A DNA stretch of 64,000 nt from positions 118,157,593 through 118,221,592 of the forward strand of contig NC_090378.1 in NCBI RefSeq assembly GCF_036365525.1, in the 5' to 3' direction. Positions within the stretch are counted from its first letter, which is position 1. Each line of letters starts with the position of its first letter. The notes under the pieces are model-generated. The model saw only the letters and a program-made list of their open reading frames with translations. It was not told where the DNA came from and searched no databases. The stretch is from Heterodontus francisci. Its lineage: Eukaryota. The position numbers and the translations under genes are program-made. Below, piece by piece: positions 21,692 through 34,500 of this stretch.

Positions 21692-24600
21692 AATTCATCC
21701 AGTGCAGTCTCCAGCCGGGGCTCCATTCATCCAGTGCAGTCTCCAGCTAGGGCTCCATTCATCCAGTGCAGTCTCCAGCCAGGGCTCCATTCATCCAGTG
21801 CAGTCCCCAGTCAGGGCTCCATTCATCCAGTGCCGTCTCCAGTCAGGGCTCCGTTCATCCAGTGCCGTCTCCAGCCAGGGCTCCATTCATCCAGCGCAGT
21901 CTCCAGTCAGGGTTCCATTCATCCAGTGCAGTCTCCAGTCAGGGCTCCGTTCATCCAGTGCCGTCTCCAGCCAGGGCTCCATTCATCCAGTGCAGTCTCC
22001 AGTCAGGGCTCCGCTCATCCAGTGCCGTCTCCAGCCAGGGCTCCATTCATCCAGTGCCGTCTCCAGCCAAGGCTCCATTCATCCAGGGCAGTCTCTAGCC
22101 AGGGCTCCATTCATCCAGTGCAGTCTCCAGCCAGGGCTCCATTCATCCAGTTCAGTCTTCAGCCAGGGCTCCATTCATCCAGTGCCGTCTCCAGTCAGGG
22201 CTCCATTCATCCAGTTCAGTCTTCAGCCAGGGCTCCATTCATCCAGTGCAGTCTCCATCCAGGGCTCCATTCATCCAGTGCAGTCTCCGGTCAAGGCTCC
22301 ATTCATCCAGTGCAGTCTCCAGTCAGGGCTCCGTTCATCCAGTGCAGTCTCCAGTCAGGGCACCATTCATCCAGTGCAGTCTCTAGCCAGGGCTCCATTC
22401 ATCCAGTGCAGTCTCCAGCCAGGGCTCCATTCATCCAGTGCCGTCTCCAGCCAAGGCTCCATTCATCCAGTGCAGTCTCTCGCCAGGGCTCCATTCATCC
22501 AGTGCAGTCTCCAGCCAGGGCTCCATTCATCCAGTGCAGTCTCCAGTCAATGCTCCATTCATCCAGTGCAGTCCTTAGCCAGGGCTCCATTCATCCAGTG
22601 CAGTCTCCAGCCAGAGCTCCATTCATCCAGTGCAGTCTCCAGCCAAGGCTCCATTCATCCAGTGCAGTTTCCAGCCATGGCTCCAATTATCCAATGCAGT
22701 CTCTAACCAGGGCTCCATTCATATAGTGCAGTCTCCAGCCAGGGCTCCATTCATCCAGTGCAGTCGCCGGTCAAGGCTCCATTCATCCAGTGCAGTCTCC
22801 AGTCAGGGCTCCGTTCATCCAGTGCAGTCTCCAGTCAGGGCTCCATTCATCCAGTTCAGTCTTCAGTCAGGGCTCGATTCATCCAGTGCCGTCTCCAGTC
22901 AGGGCTCCATTCATCCAGTGCAGTCTCCAGCCAGGGCTCCATTCATCCAGTGCAGTCTCCGGTCAAGGCTCCATTCATCCAGTGCAGTCTCCAGCCAGGG
23001 CTCCATTCATCCAGTGCCGTCTCCAGTCAGCGCTCCGTTCATCCAGTGCCGTCTCCAGTCAGGGCTCCATTCATCCAGTTCAGTCTCCAGTCAGGGCTCC
23101 GTTCATCCAGTGCCGTCTCCAGTCAGGGCTCCATTCATCCAGTTCAGTCTTCAGCCAGGGCTCCATTCATCCAGTGCAGTCTCCAGCCAGGGCTCCATTC
23201 ATCCAGTGCAGTCTCCAGCCAGGGCTCCATTCATCCAGTGCCGTCTCCAGCCAAGGCTCCATTCATCCAGTGCAGTCTCTAGCCAGGGCTCCATTCATCC
23301 AGTGCAGTCTCCAGCCAGGGCTCCATTCATCCAGTGCAGTCTCCACTCAGGGCTCCATTCATCCAGTGCAGTCTCCAGTCAGGGCTCCATTCATCCAGTG
23401 CAGTCTCCAGCCAGAGCTCCATTCATCCAGTGCAGTCTCCAGCCAGGGCTCCATTCATCCAGTGCCGTCTCCAGCCAAGGCTCCATTCATCCAGTGCAGT
23501 CTCTATCCAGGGCTCTATTCATCCAGTGCAGTCTCAAGCCAGGGCTCCATTCATCCAGTGCAGTCACCAGTCAGGGCTCCATTCATCCAGTGCAGTCTCC
23601 AGTCAGGGCTCCATTCATCCAGTGCAGTCTCCAGCCAGAGCTCCATTCATCCAGTGCAGTCTCCAGCCAAGGCTCCATTCATCCATTGCAGTCTCCAGCC
23701 ATGGCTCCATTCATCCAATGCAGTCTCTATCCAGGGCTCTATTCATCCAGTGCAGTCTCCAGCCAGGGCTCCATTCATCCAGTTCAGTCTTCAGCCAGGG
23801 CTCGATTCATCTAGTGCCGTCTCCAGTCAGGGCTCCATTCATCCAGTTTATTTTTCAGCCAGGGTTCGATTCATCCAGTGCCGTCTCCAGTCAGGGCTCC
23901 ATTCATCCAGTGCAGTCTCTAGCCAGGGCTCCAGTCATCCAGTGCAGTCTCCAGCCAGGGCTCCATTCATCCAGTGCAGTCTCTAGCCAGGGCTCCATTC
24001 ATCCAGTGCAGTCTCCAGCCTGGGCTCCATTCATCCAGTGCAGTCTCTAGCCAGGGCTCCATTCATCCAGTGCAGTCTCTAGCCAGGGCTCCATTCATCC
24101 AGTGCAGTCTCCAGCCAGGGCTCCATTCATCCAGTGCAGTCTCCAGCCAATGCTCCATTCATCCTTTGCAGTCTCCAGTCAGGGCTCCATTCATCCAGTG
24201 CAGTCTCCAGCCAGGGCTCCATTCATCCAGTGCAGTCTCCAGCCAAGGCTCCATTCATCCAGTGCAGTTTCCAGCCATGGCTCCAATTATCCAATGCAGT
24301 CTCTAACCAGGGCTCCATTCATCCAGTGCAGTCTATGGTCAGGGCTCCATTCATCCAATGCAGTCTCCTGCCAGGGCTCCATTCATCCAGTGCAGTCTCC
24401 AGCCAGAGCTCCATTCATCCAGTGCAGTCTCCAGCCAGGGCTCCATTCATCCAGTGCCGTCTCTAGCCAAGGCTCCATTCATCCAGTGCAGTCTCCAGCC
24501 ATGGCTCCATTCATCCAATGCAGTCTCTAGCCAGGGCTCCATTCATCCAGTGCAGTCTCCAGCCAGGGCTCCATTCATCCAGTTCAGTCTTCAGCCTGGG

Positions 24601-27600
24601 CTCCATTCATCCAGTGCCGTCTGCAGTCAGGGCTCCATTCATTCGGTTCAGTCTTCAGCCAGGGCTCCATTCATCCAGTGCAGTCTCCATCCAGGGCTCC
24701 ATTCATCCAGTGCAGTCTCCGGTCAAGGCTCCATTCATCCAGTGCAGTCTGCAGTCAGGGCTCCATTCATCCAGTGCAGTCTCCAGTCAGGGCACCATTC
24801 ATCCAGTTCAGTCTTCAGCCAGGGTTCAATTCATCCAGTGCATTCTCCAGTCAGGGCTCCATTCATCCAGTGCAGTCTCCAGCCAGGGCTCCATTCATCC
24901 AGTGCAGTCTCCAGCCAGGGCTCCATTCATCCAGTGCAGTCTCCAGCCAGGGCTCCATTCATCCAGTGCCGTCTCCAGCCAAGGCTCCATTCATCCAGTG
25001 CAGTCTCTAGCCAGGGCTCCATTCTTCCAGTGCAGTCTCCAGCCAGGGCTCCATTCATCCAGTGCAGTCTCCAGTCAGGGCTCCATTCATCCAGTGCAGT
25101 CTCCAGTCAGGGCTCCATTCATCCAGTGCAGTCTCCAGCCAGAGCTCCATTCATCCAGTGCAGTCTCCAGCCAAGGCTCCATTCATCCATTGCAGTCTCC
25201 AGCCATGGCTCCATTCATCCAATGCAGTCTCTATCCAGGGCTCTATTCATCCAGTGCAGTCTCCAGCCAGGGCTCCATTCATCCAGTTCAGTCTTCAGCC
25301 AGGCCTCGATTCATCTAGTGCCGTCTCCAGTCAGGGCTCCATTCATCCAGTTTATTTTTCAGCCAGGGTTCGATTCATCCAGTGCAGTCTCCAGTCAGGG
25401 CTCCATTCATCCAGTGCAGTCTCTAGCCAGGGCTCCATTCATCCAGTGCAGTCTCCAGCCAGGGCTCCATTCATCCAGTGCAGTCATTAGCCAGGGCTCC
25501 ATTCATCCAGTGCAGTCTCCAGCCAGGGCTCCATTCATCCAGTGCAGTCTCTAGCCAGGGCTCCATTCATCCAGTGCAGTCTCTAGCCAGGGCTCCATTC
25601 ATCCAGTGCAGTCTCCAGCCAGGGCTCCATTCATCCAGTGCAGTCTCCAGCCAAGGCTCCATTCATCCTTTGCAGTCTCCAGTCAGGGCCCCATTCATCC
25701 AGTGCAGTCTCCAGCCAGGGCTCCATTCATCCAGTGCAGTCTCCAGCCATGGCTCCAATTATCCAATACAATCTCTAACCAGGGCTCCATTCATCCAGTG
25801 CAGTCTATGGTCAGGGCTCCATTCATCCAGTGCAGTCTCCTGCCAGGGCTCCATTCATCCAGTGCAGTCTCCAGCCAGAGCTCCATTCATCCAGTGCAGT
25901 CTCCAGCCAGGGCTCCATTCATCCAGTGCCGTCTCTAGCCAAGGCTCCATTCATCCAGTGCAGTCTCCAGCCATGGCTCCATTCATCCAATGCAGTCTCT
26001 AGCCAGGGCTCCATTCATCCAGTGCAGTCTCCAGCCAGGGCTCCATTCATCCAGTTCAGTCTTCAGCCAGGGCTCCATTCATCCAGTGCCGTCTGCAGTC
26101 AGGGCTCCATTCATTCGGTTCAGTCTTCAGCCAGGGCTCCATTCATCCAGTGCAGTCTCCATCCAGGGCTCCATTCATCCAGTGCAGTCTCCGGTCAAGG
26201 CTCCATTCATCCAGTGCAGTCTCCAGTCAGGGCTCCATTCATCCAGTGCAGTCTCCAGTCAGGGCACCATTCATCCAGTTCAGTCTTCTGCCAGGGCTCG
26301 ATTCATCCAGTGCCTTCTCCAGTCAGGGCTCCATTCATCCAGTTCAGTCTTCAGCCAGGGCTCCATTCATCCAGTGCAGTCTCCAGCCAGGGCTCCATTC
26401 ATCCAGTGCAGTCTCCGGTCAAGGCTCCATTCATCCAGTGCAGTCTCCAGTCAGGGCTCCATTCATCCAGTTCAGTCTCTAGCCAGGGCTTGATTCATCC
26501 AGTGCCGTCTCCAGTCAGGGCTCCATTCATCCAGTGCAGTCTCTAGCCAGGGCTCCATTCATCCAGTGCCGTCTCCAGCCAGGGCTCCATTCATCCAGTG
26601 CAGTCTCTCGCCAGGGCTCCATTCATCCAGTGCCGTCTCCAGCCAGGGCACCATTCATCCAGTGCAGTCTGCAGCCAGGGCTCCATTCATCCAGTGCAGT
26701 CTCCAGTCAGGGCTCCGTTCATCCAGTTCAGTCTTCAGCCAGGGTTCAATTCATCCAGTGCATTCTCCAGTCAGGGCTCCATTCATCCAGTGCAGTCTCG
26801 AGCCAGGGCTCCATTCATCCAGTGCAGTCTCTAGCCAGGGCTCCATTCATCCAGTGCAGTCTCCAGCCAGGGCTCCATTCATCCAGTGCCGTCTCCAGCC
26901 AAGGCTCCATTCATCCAGTGCAGTCTCTCGCCAGGGCTCCATTCATCCAGTGCAGTCTCCAGCCAGGGCTCCATTCATCCAGTGCAGTCTCCAGTCAGGG
27001 CTCCATTCATCCAGTGCAGTCCTTAGCCAGGGCTCCATTCATCCAGTGCAGTCTCCAGCCAGAGCTCCATTCATCCAGTGCAGTCTCCAGCCAAGGCTCC
27101 ATTCATCCAGTGCAGTTTCCAGCCATGGCTCCAATTATCCAATGCAGTCTCTAACCACGGCTCCATTCATATAGTGCAGTCTCCAGCCAGGGCTCCATTC
27201 ATCCAGTGCAGTCGCCGGTCAAGGCTCCATTCATCCAGTGCAGTCTCCAGTCAGGGCTCCGTTCATCCAGTGCAGTCTCCAGTCAGGGCTCCATTCATCC
27301 AGTTCAGTCTTCAGTCAGGGCTCGATTCATCCAGTGCCGTCTCCAGTCAGGGCTCCATTCATCCAGTGCAGTCTCCAGCCAGGGCTCCATTCATCCAGTG
27401 CAGTCTCCGGTCAAGGCTCCATTCATCCAGTGCAGTCTCCAGCCAGGGCTCCATTCATCCAGTGCCGTCTCCAGTCAGGGCTCCGTTCATCCAGTGCCGT
27501 CTCCAGTCAGGGCTCCATTCATCCAGTTCAGTCTCCAGCCAGGGCTCCATTCATCCAGTGCATTCTCCAGCCAGGGCTCCATTCATCCAGTGCAGTCTCC

Positions 27601-28677
27601 AGCCAGGGCTCCATTCATCCAGTGCCGTCTCCAGCCAAGGCTCCATTCATCCAGTGCAGTCTCTGGCCAGGGCTCCATTCATCCAGTGCAGTCTCCAGCC
27701 AGGGCTCCATTCATCCAGTGCAGTCTCCAGTCAGGGCTCCATTCATCCAGTGCAGTCTCCAGTCAGGGCTCCATTCATCCAGTGCAGTCTCCAGCCAGAG
27801 CTTCATTCATCCAGTGCAGTCTCCAGCCAGGGCTCCATTCATCCAGTGCAGTCTCCAGTCAGGGCTCCATTCATCCAGTGCAGTCTCCAGTCAGGGCTCC
27901 ATTCATCCAGTGCAGTCTCCAGCCAGAGCTCCATTCATCCAGTGCAGTCTCCAGCCAAGGCTCCATTCATCCATTGCAGTCTCCAGCCATGGCTCCATTC
28001 ATCCAATGCAGTCTCTATCCAGGGCTCTATTCATCCAGTGCAGTCTCCAGCCAGGGCTCCATTCATCCAGTTCAGTCTTCAGCCAGGGCTCGATTCATCT
28101 AGTGCCGTCTCCAGTCAGGGCTCCATTCATCCAGTTTATTTTTCAGCCAGGGCTCCATTCATCCAGTGCAGTCTCTAGCCAGGGCTCCATTCATCCAGTG
28201 CAGTCTCTGGTCAAGGCTGCATTCATCCAGTGCAGTCTCCAGTCAGGGCTCCATTCATCCAGTTCAGTCTTCAGCCAGGGTTCGATTCATCCAGTGCCGT
28301 CTCCAGTCAGGGCTCCATTCATCCAGTGCAGTCTCTAGCCAGGGCTCCATTCATCCAGTGCAGTCTCCAGCCAGGGCTCCATTCATCCAGTGCAGTCTCC
28401 AGCCAGGGCTCCATTCATCCAGTGCAGTCTCCAGCCTGGGCTCCATTCATCCAGTGCAGTCTCTAGCCAGGGCTCCATTCATCCAGTGCAGTCTCTAGCC
28501 AGGGCTCCATTCATCCAGTGCAGTCTCCAGCCAGGGCTCCATTCATCCAGTGCAGTCTCCAGCCAAGGCTCCATTCATCCTTTGCAGTCTCCAGTCAGGG
28601 CTCCATTCATCCAGTGCAGTCTCCAGCCAGGGCTCCATTCATCCAGTGCAGTCTCTAGCCAGGGCTCCGTTCATCCA
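21692..28677. repeat. 32-bp satellite, about 218 copies; unit ggctccattcatccagtgcagtctccagccag
   Basis: Strict 32-bp periodicity with substitutions and no visible indels. Confidence 0.99.
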
Positions 28678-28804
28678 TCATATCAGTAAAAAGTACAAGG
28701 TGAAAACCATGAAACTGTAATCGTGGAGCCTGTCCTCAGGATGGGGGATAAGGGAGCTGCATGGATTGGTGAAGAGACATCCTCTTTTCTCTCAGATACA
28801 CACC

Positions 28805-29955
28805 TCCCTGACCTCCATTCCTCCCTCTATCTGACCTCCATCCCTCTCTCTATCTGAGCTCTATCCCTCCCTCTATCTGATCTCCATCCCTCCCTCTATC
28901 TGACCTCCATCCCTTCCTCTATCTGACCTCCATCCCTCCCTCTATCTGACCTCCATCCCTCCCTCTATCTGATCTCCATCCCTCCCTCTATCTGACCTCC
29001 ATCCCTCCCTCTATCTGACCTCCATCCCTCCCTCTATCTGATCTCCATCCCTCCCTCTATCTGACCTCCATCCCTCCCTCTATCTGATCTCCATCCCTCC
29101 CTCTATCTGAGCTCCATCCCTCCCTCTATCTGATCTCCATCCCTCCCTCTATCTGACCTCCATCCCTCCCTCTATCTGATCTCCATCCCTCCCTCTATCT
29201 GATCTCCATCCCTCCCTCTATCTGACCTCCATCTCTCCCTCTATCTGACCTCCATCCCTCCCTCTATCTGAGCTCCATCCCTCCCTCTATCTGATCTCCA
29301 TCCCTCCCTATATCTGAGCTCCATCCCTCCCTCTGTCTGATCTCCATCCCTCCCTCTATCTGAGCTCCATCCCTCCCTCTATCTGATCTCCATCCCTCCC
29401 TCTATCTGATCTCCATCCCTCCCTCTATCTGAGCTCCATCCCTCCCTCTATCTGACCTCCATCCCTCCCTCTATCTGATCTCCATCCCTCCCTCTATCTG
29501 ATCTCCATCCCTCCCTCTATCTGAGCTCCATCCCTCCCTCTATCTGAGCTCCATCCCTCCCTCTATCTGATCTCCATCCCTCCCTCTATCTGATCTCCAT
29601 CCCTCCCTCTATCTGAGCTCCATCCCTCCCTCTATCTGATCTCCATCCCTCCCTCTATCTGATTTCCATCCCTCCCTCTATCTGAACTCCATCCCTCCCT
29701 CTATCTGATCTCCATCCCTCCCTCTATCTGATCTCCATCCCTCCCTCTATCTGATTTCCATCCCTCCCTCTATCTGAACTCCATCCCTCCCTCTATCTGA
29801 TCTCCATCCCTCCCTCTATCTGACCTCCATCCCTCCCTCTATCTGAACTCCATCCCTCCCTCTATCTGATCTCCATCCCTCCCTCTATCTGACCTCCATC
29901 CCTCCCTCTATCTGAACTCCATCCCTCCCTCTATCTGATCTCCATCCCTCCCTCC
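28805..29955. repeat. 23-bp minisatellite, about 50 copies; unit tctgaNctccatccctccctcta
   Basis: 23-bp periodicity (ctccatccc at 29342 and 29365). Confidence 0.97.
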
Positions 29956-30260
29956 AGAGCTTTCTGCAAATAAACACAGAATGGATGAAAGATACAATAA
30001 AAGAATTATGAAGATGATTATCAGAGATGTGTCATTATTATAGTTAAAAAGGTCTCCTTCTCAGTGAAGATATATCCTGCTGAGTAATATATACAGACAG
30101 GCTGTGCTAAAGTTGGACAATGTTGAGATGTAGATTTTATATTTTACCAAAAAGCAGAATTGAGTAAACAAGATGTGAACAAGATGATTAGAAATTGTTT
30201 ACAGACACTGATGACAGTCTCTGTGTTCCTCAGGCGGTCCCAGTCGTGTTGTTCACAAAC

Positions 30261-30949
30261 CATGGGGGGAGTTTTATCCCCTCCCCCATGGCGGGTTTGG
30301 AGGTGGGAGAGCCGATAATCAGGTGGGATGGTGACGGGGGAGGGACCACCGCCAATTAAGGCCCTTCAGAGGGTAATTAATTCCCAATTACCTCATTGCA
30401 CTCCCACCACAATTAGCCCAGCTGTGGGCGGGGCCTGTCGCCACACGGGGCGCATGACAAGAAAAACCGTGCGAGTTGCTTCCTGGCTCCGTTTGGGGAG
30501 GGGAGAGTCCCTTGTTAAAAGACACTTCGTGCCTGAACACGGAACCCAGTATCGGGAATGGGGGCCCGCTGAGAGTCAACCCCCCTTCCCTTGATGCTGA
30601 CCCCCCCTACACACCTCTCCCATATGACCCCCACCCCGCGGAACCACTCCTGCCCTGACCTACCTGTGACCTGGTTCCTGCACCGCTCCGAGGCCTCGGG
30701 TTGGTTCTCCACTGTCAGCAGCCACTGCCTCCACTGTGGCGTTGCTCAGTTCCTCTGATTGGCCGGCAGTTCTCAGAGGGCGGGACTTCAGTGTGGTCCT
30801 TGATCCCAGGAAAGGTCCACTGCTGTCCAGTTACGCGCCTAATTGGTACTTTATTTGGTGAGCCTCCCACAGAAGGAGAAACGTGGGGCTCTTGGTGGGT
30901 CTTTTGCTGGAGTCGGGACCCTGTCACCTGGATAAACTCCTGACCCATG
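30261..30949. mobile_element. MITE-like element with terminal inverted repeats
   Basis: Left end catggggggagttttatcc pairs with right end ggataaactcctgacccatg. The interior is GC-rich and non-coding. Confidence 0.6.
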
Positions 30950-31557
30950 TTTTGCAGTCAACCTGCTCTTCTTAACGGCAGGCTGTCCCTTTTAAAGGAA
31001 ATCTGAACTGAATAATATTAATGCAATTGAAATGGTTTCAAACTGAATGCTGGCATGATGGATGTGATGCTGGAGGCGTCAGCGGTGAAGGTGGTTAGGA
31101 AGAAAGACATTATGGATCCTCGGAGTGGGGGGAGGGTGGGGTGCGTGCGGGGTGGTCAGGAGGCATTGGTGGGAGTGTGAGGATGAGGTGGAGAATCTGA
31201 CTGTCAGGAGTGAGTCCTGAGTGCCAGGGATTGTTACTGGGTGAGTGATGGGGGTCTGGTACAATGAGCAGCAGGAGAGGTTGGTGCTGTGCTTGGTGGG
31301 AGATGTCCTGTGAAGATACATTCACTGACCTTGACCACCCCTGAGAGGTCACTGAACTTCCCGTGACATTACTGTCAGGTCCTCAGGTCCAACTCCAGGA
31401 ATTGACCTCCCTGGTCACCGCGCCCATTCTCTTCTCAGCGTTTTGCTTTGAGGGCCTCCTGGCACCTTGTGCAAACATTGATTTTCTCCTCCTTTGTAAC
31501 TATTCTTTTCATGTCTCCAGTGTCACATTGGGAACCCTGGGAGCCCTCTCTCTGCTC

Positions 31558-34500
31558 TCCAGTCTGTGTACTCAGGTACATCACACTTCACAATCCAGTC
31601 TGTGTAATCAGATACATCACACTTCACAATCCAGTCTGTGTAATCAGGTATATCACACTTCACAATCCAGTCTGTGTACTCAGATACATCACACTTCACA
31701 ATCCAGTCTGTGTAAGCAGGTATATCACACTTCACAATCCACTCTGTGTACTCAGGTACATCACACTTCACAATCCAGTCTGTGTACTCAGGTACATCAC
31801 ACTTCACAATAAAGTCTGTGTAATCAGATACATCACACTTCACAATCCAGTCTGTGTAATCAGGTATATCACACTTCACAATCCACTCTGTGTACTCAGG
31901 TACATCACACTTCACAATCCAGTCTGTGTACTCAGGTACATCACACTTCACAATAAAGTCTGTGTAATCAGATACATCACACTTCACAATCCAGTCTGTG
32001 TAATCAGATACATCACACTTCACAATCCAGTCTGTGTAATCAGGTATATCACACTTCACAATCCAGTCTGTGTACTCAGATACATCACACTTCACAATCC
32101 AGTCTGTGTAATCAGGTATATCACACTTCACAATCCACTCTGTGTACTCAGGTACATCACACTTCACAATCCAGTCTGTGTACTCAGGTACATCACACTT
32201 CACAATAAAGTCTGTGTAATCAGATACATCACACTTCACAATCCAGTCTGTGTAATCAGGTATATCACACTTCACAATCCAGTCTGTGTACTCAGATACA
32301 TCACACTTCACAATCCAGTCTGTGTAAGCAGGTATATCACACTTCACAATCCAGTCAGTGTACTCAGGTACATCACACTTCACAATCCAGTCTGTGTACT
32401 CAGATACATCACACTTCACAATCCAGTCTGTGTAAGCAGGTATATCACACTTCACAATCCAGTCAGTGTACTCAGGTACATCACACTTCACAATCCAGTC
32501 TGTGTACTCAGATACATCACACTTCACAATCCAGTCTGTGTACTCAGGTACATCACACTTCACAATCCAGTCTGTGTACACAGGTACATCACACTTCACA
32601 ATCCAGTCCGTGAACTCAGATACACCACACTTCACAATCCAGTCTGTGTACTCAGATACATCACACTTCACAATCCAGTCTGTGTAAGCAGGTATATCAC
32701 ACTTCACAATCCAGTCAGTGTACTCAGGTACATCACACTTCACAATCCAGTCTGTGTACTCAGATACATCACACTTCACAATCCAGTCTGTGTACTCAGG
32801 TACATCACACTTCACAATCCAGTCTGTGTACTCAGATACATCACACTTCACAATCCAGTCTGTGTACTCAGGTATATCACACTTCACAATCCAGTCAGTG
32901 TACTCAGGTATATCACACTTGACAATACGGACTGTGTACTCAGAGACATCACCGTTCACAATCCAATCTGTGTACTCAGGTATATCACACTTCACAATCC
33001 AGTCTGTGTACTCAGGTACATCACACTTCACAATCCAGTCTGTGTACTCAGGTACATCACACTTCACAATCCAGTCTGTGTACTCAGGTACATCACACTT
33101 CACAATCCAGTCTGTGTACTCAGATAAATCACACTTCACAATCCAGTCTGTGTACTCGGGTACATCACACTTCACAATCCAGTCTGTGTACTCAGATACA
33201 TCACACTTCACAATCCAGTCTGTGTATTCTGATACATCTCACTTCACAATCCAGTTTGTGTACTCAGGGACATCAGACTTCACAATCCAGTCTGTTTACT
33301 CAGGGACATCACACTTCACAATCCAGTCTGTGTACTCAGGTACATCACTCTTCACAATCCAGTCTGTGTACTCAGATACATCACACTTCACAAACCAGTC
33401 TGTGTACTCAGATACATCACACTTCACAATCCAGTCTGTGTACTCAGATACATCACACTTCACAATCAAGTCTGTGTACTCAGATACATCACACTTCACA
33501 ATCCAGTCTGTGTACTCAGAAACCTCACACTGCACAATCCAGTCTGTGTACTCGGGTACATCACACTTCACAATCCAGACTGTGTACTCGGGTACATCAC
33601 ACTTCGCAATTCAGTCCGTGTACACAGGTACATCACACTTCACAATCCAGTCTGTGTACTCAGGTACATCACACTTCACAATCCAGTCTGTGTACTCAGG
33701 TACATCACATTTCACAATCCGTTCTGTGTACTCAGGTACATCACAATTCACAGTCCAGTCTGTGTACTCAGGTGCATCACACTTCACAATCCATTCTGTG
33801 TACTCAGGCACATCACTCTTTACAATCCGGTCTGTGTACTCAGGTACATCACACTTCACAATCCAGTCTGTGTACTCAGGTACATCACACTTCACAATCC
33901 AGTCTGTGTACTCAGAACATCACACTTCATAATCCAGTCTGTGTATTCAGGAACATCACACTTTTCAATCCAGTCTATGTACTCAGGTACATCACACTTC
34001 ACAATCCTGTCTGTGTACTCAGGTACATCACACTTCACAATCCAGTCTGTGTACTCAGGTACATCACACTTCACAATCCAGTCTGTGTACTCAGGTACAT
34101 AACACTTCACAAACCTGACTGTGTACTCATGTACATCACACTTCACAATCCGCTCTGTGTACTCAGGTATATAAAACTTCACAAACCTGACTGTGTACTC
34201 ATGTACATCACACTTCACAATCCGGTCTGTGTACTCAGGTACATCACACTTCACAATCCAGTCTGTGTACTCAGGTATATAACACTTCAGAAACCTGACT
34301 GTGTACTCATGTACATCACACTTCACAATCCGGTCTGTGTACTCAGGTACATCACACTTCACAATCCAGTCTGTGTACTCAGGTACATCACACTTCACAA
34401 TCCAGTCTGTGTACTCAGGGACATCACACTTCACAATCCGGTCTGTGTACTCAAGTACATCACACTTCATAATCCAGTCTGTGTACTCAGGTACATCACA

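Noticed and set aside
21647-28689. Ser/Gln/Pro-rich mucin-like ORFs
   Set aside because: The same 32-aa repeat appears in all three plus frames because 3x32 bp cycles the frame, and stops are scattered randomly.
21692-29955. Ig class-switch (S) region
   Set aside because: The context is light chain with no C exons, AGCT occurs only in minor variants, and sharks lack conventional S regions.
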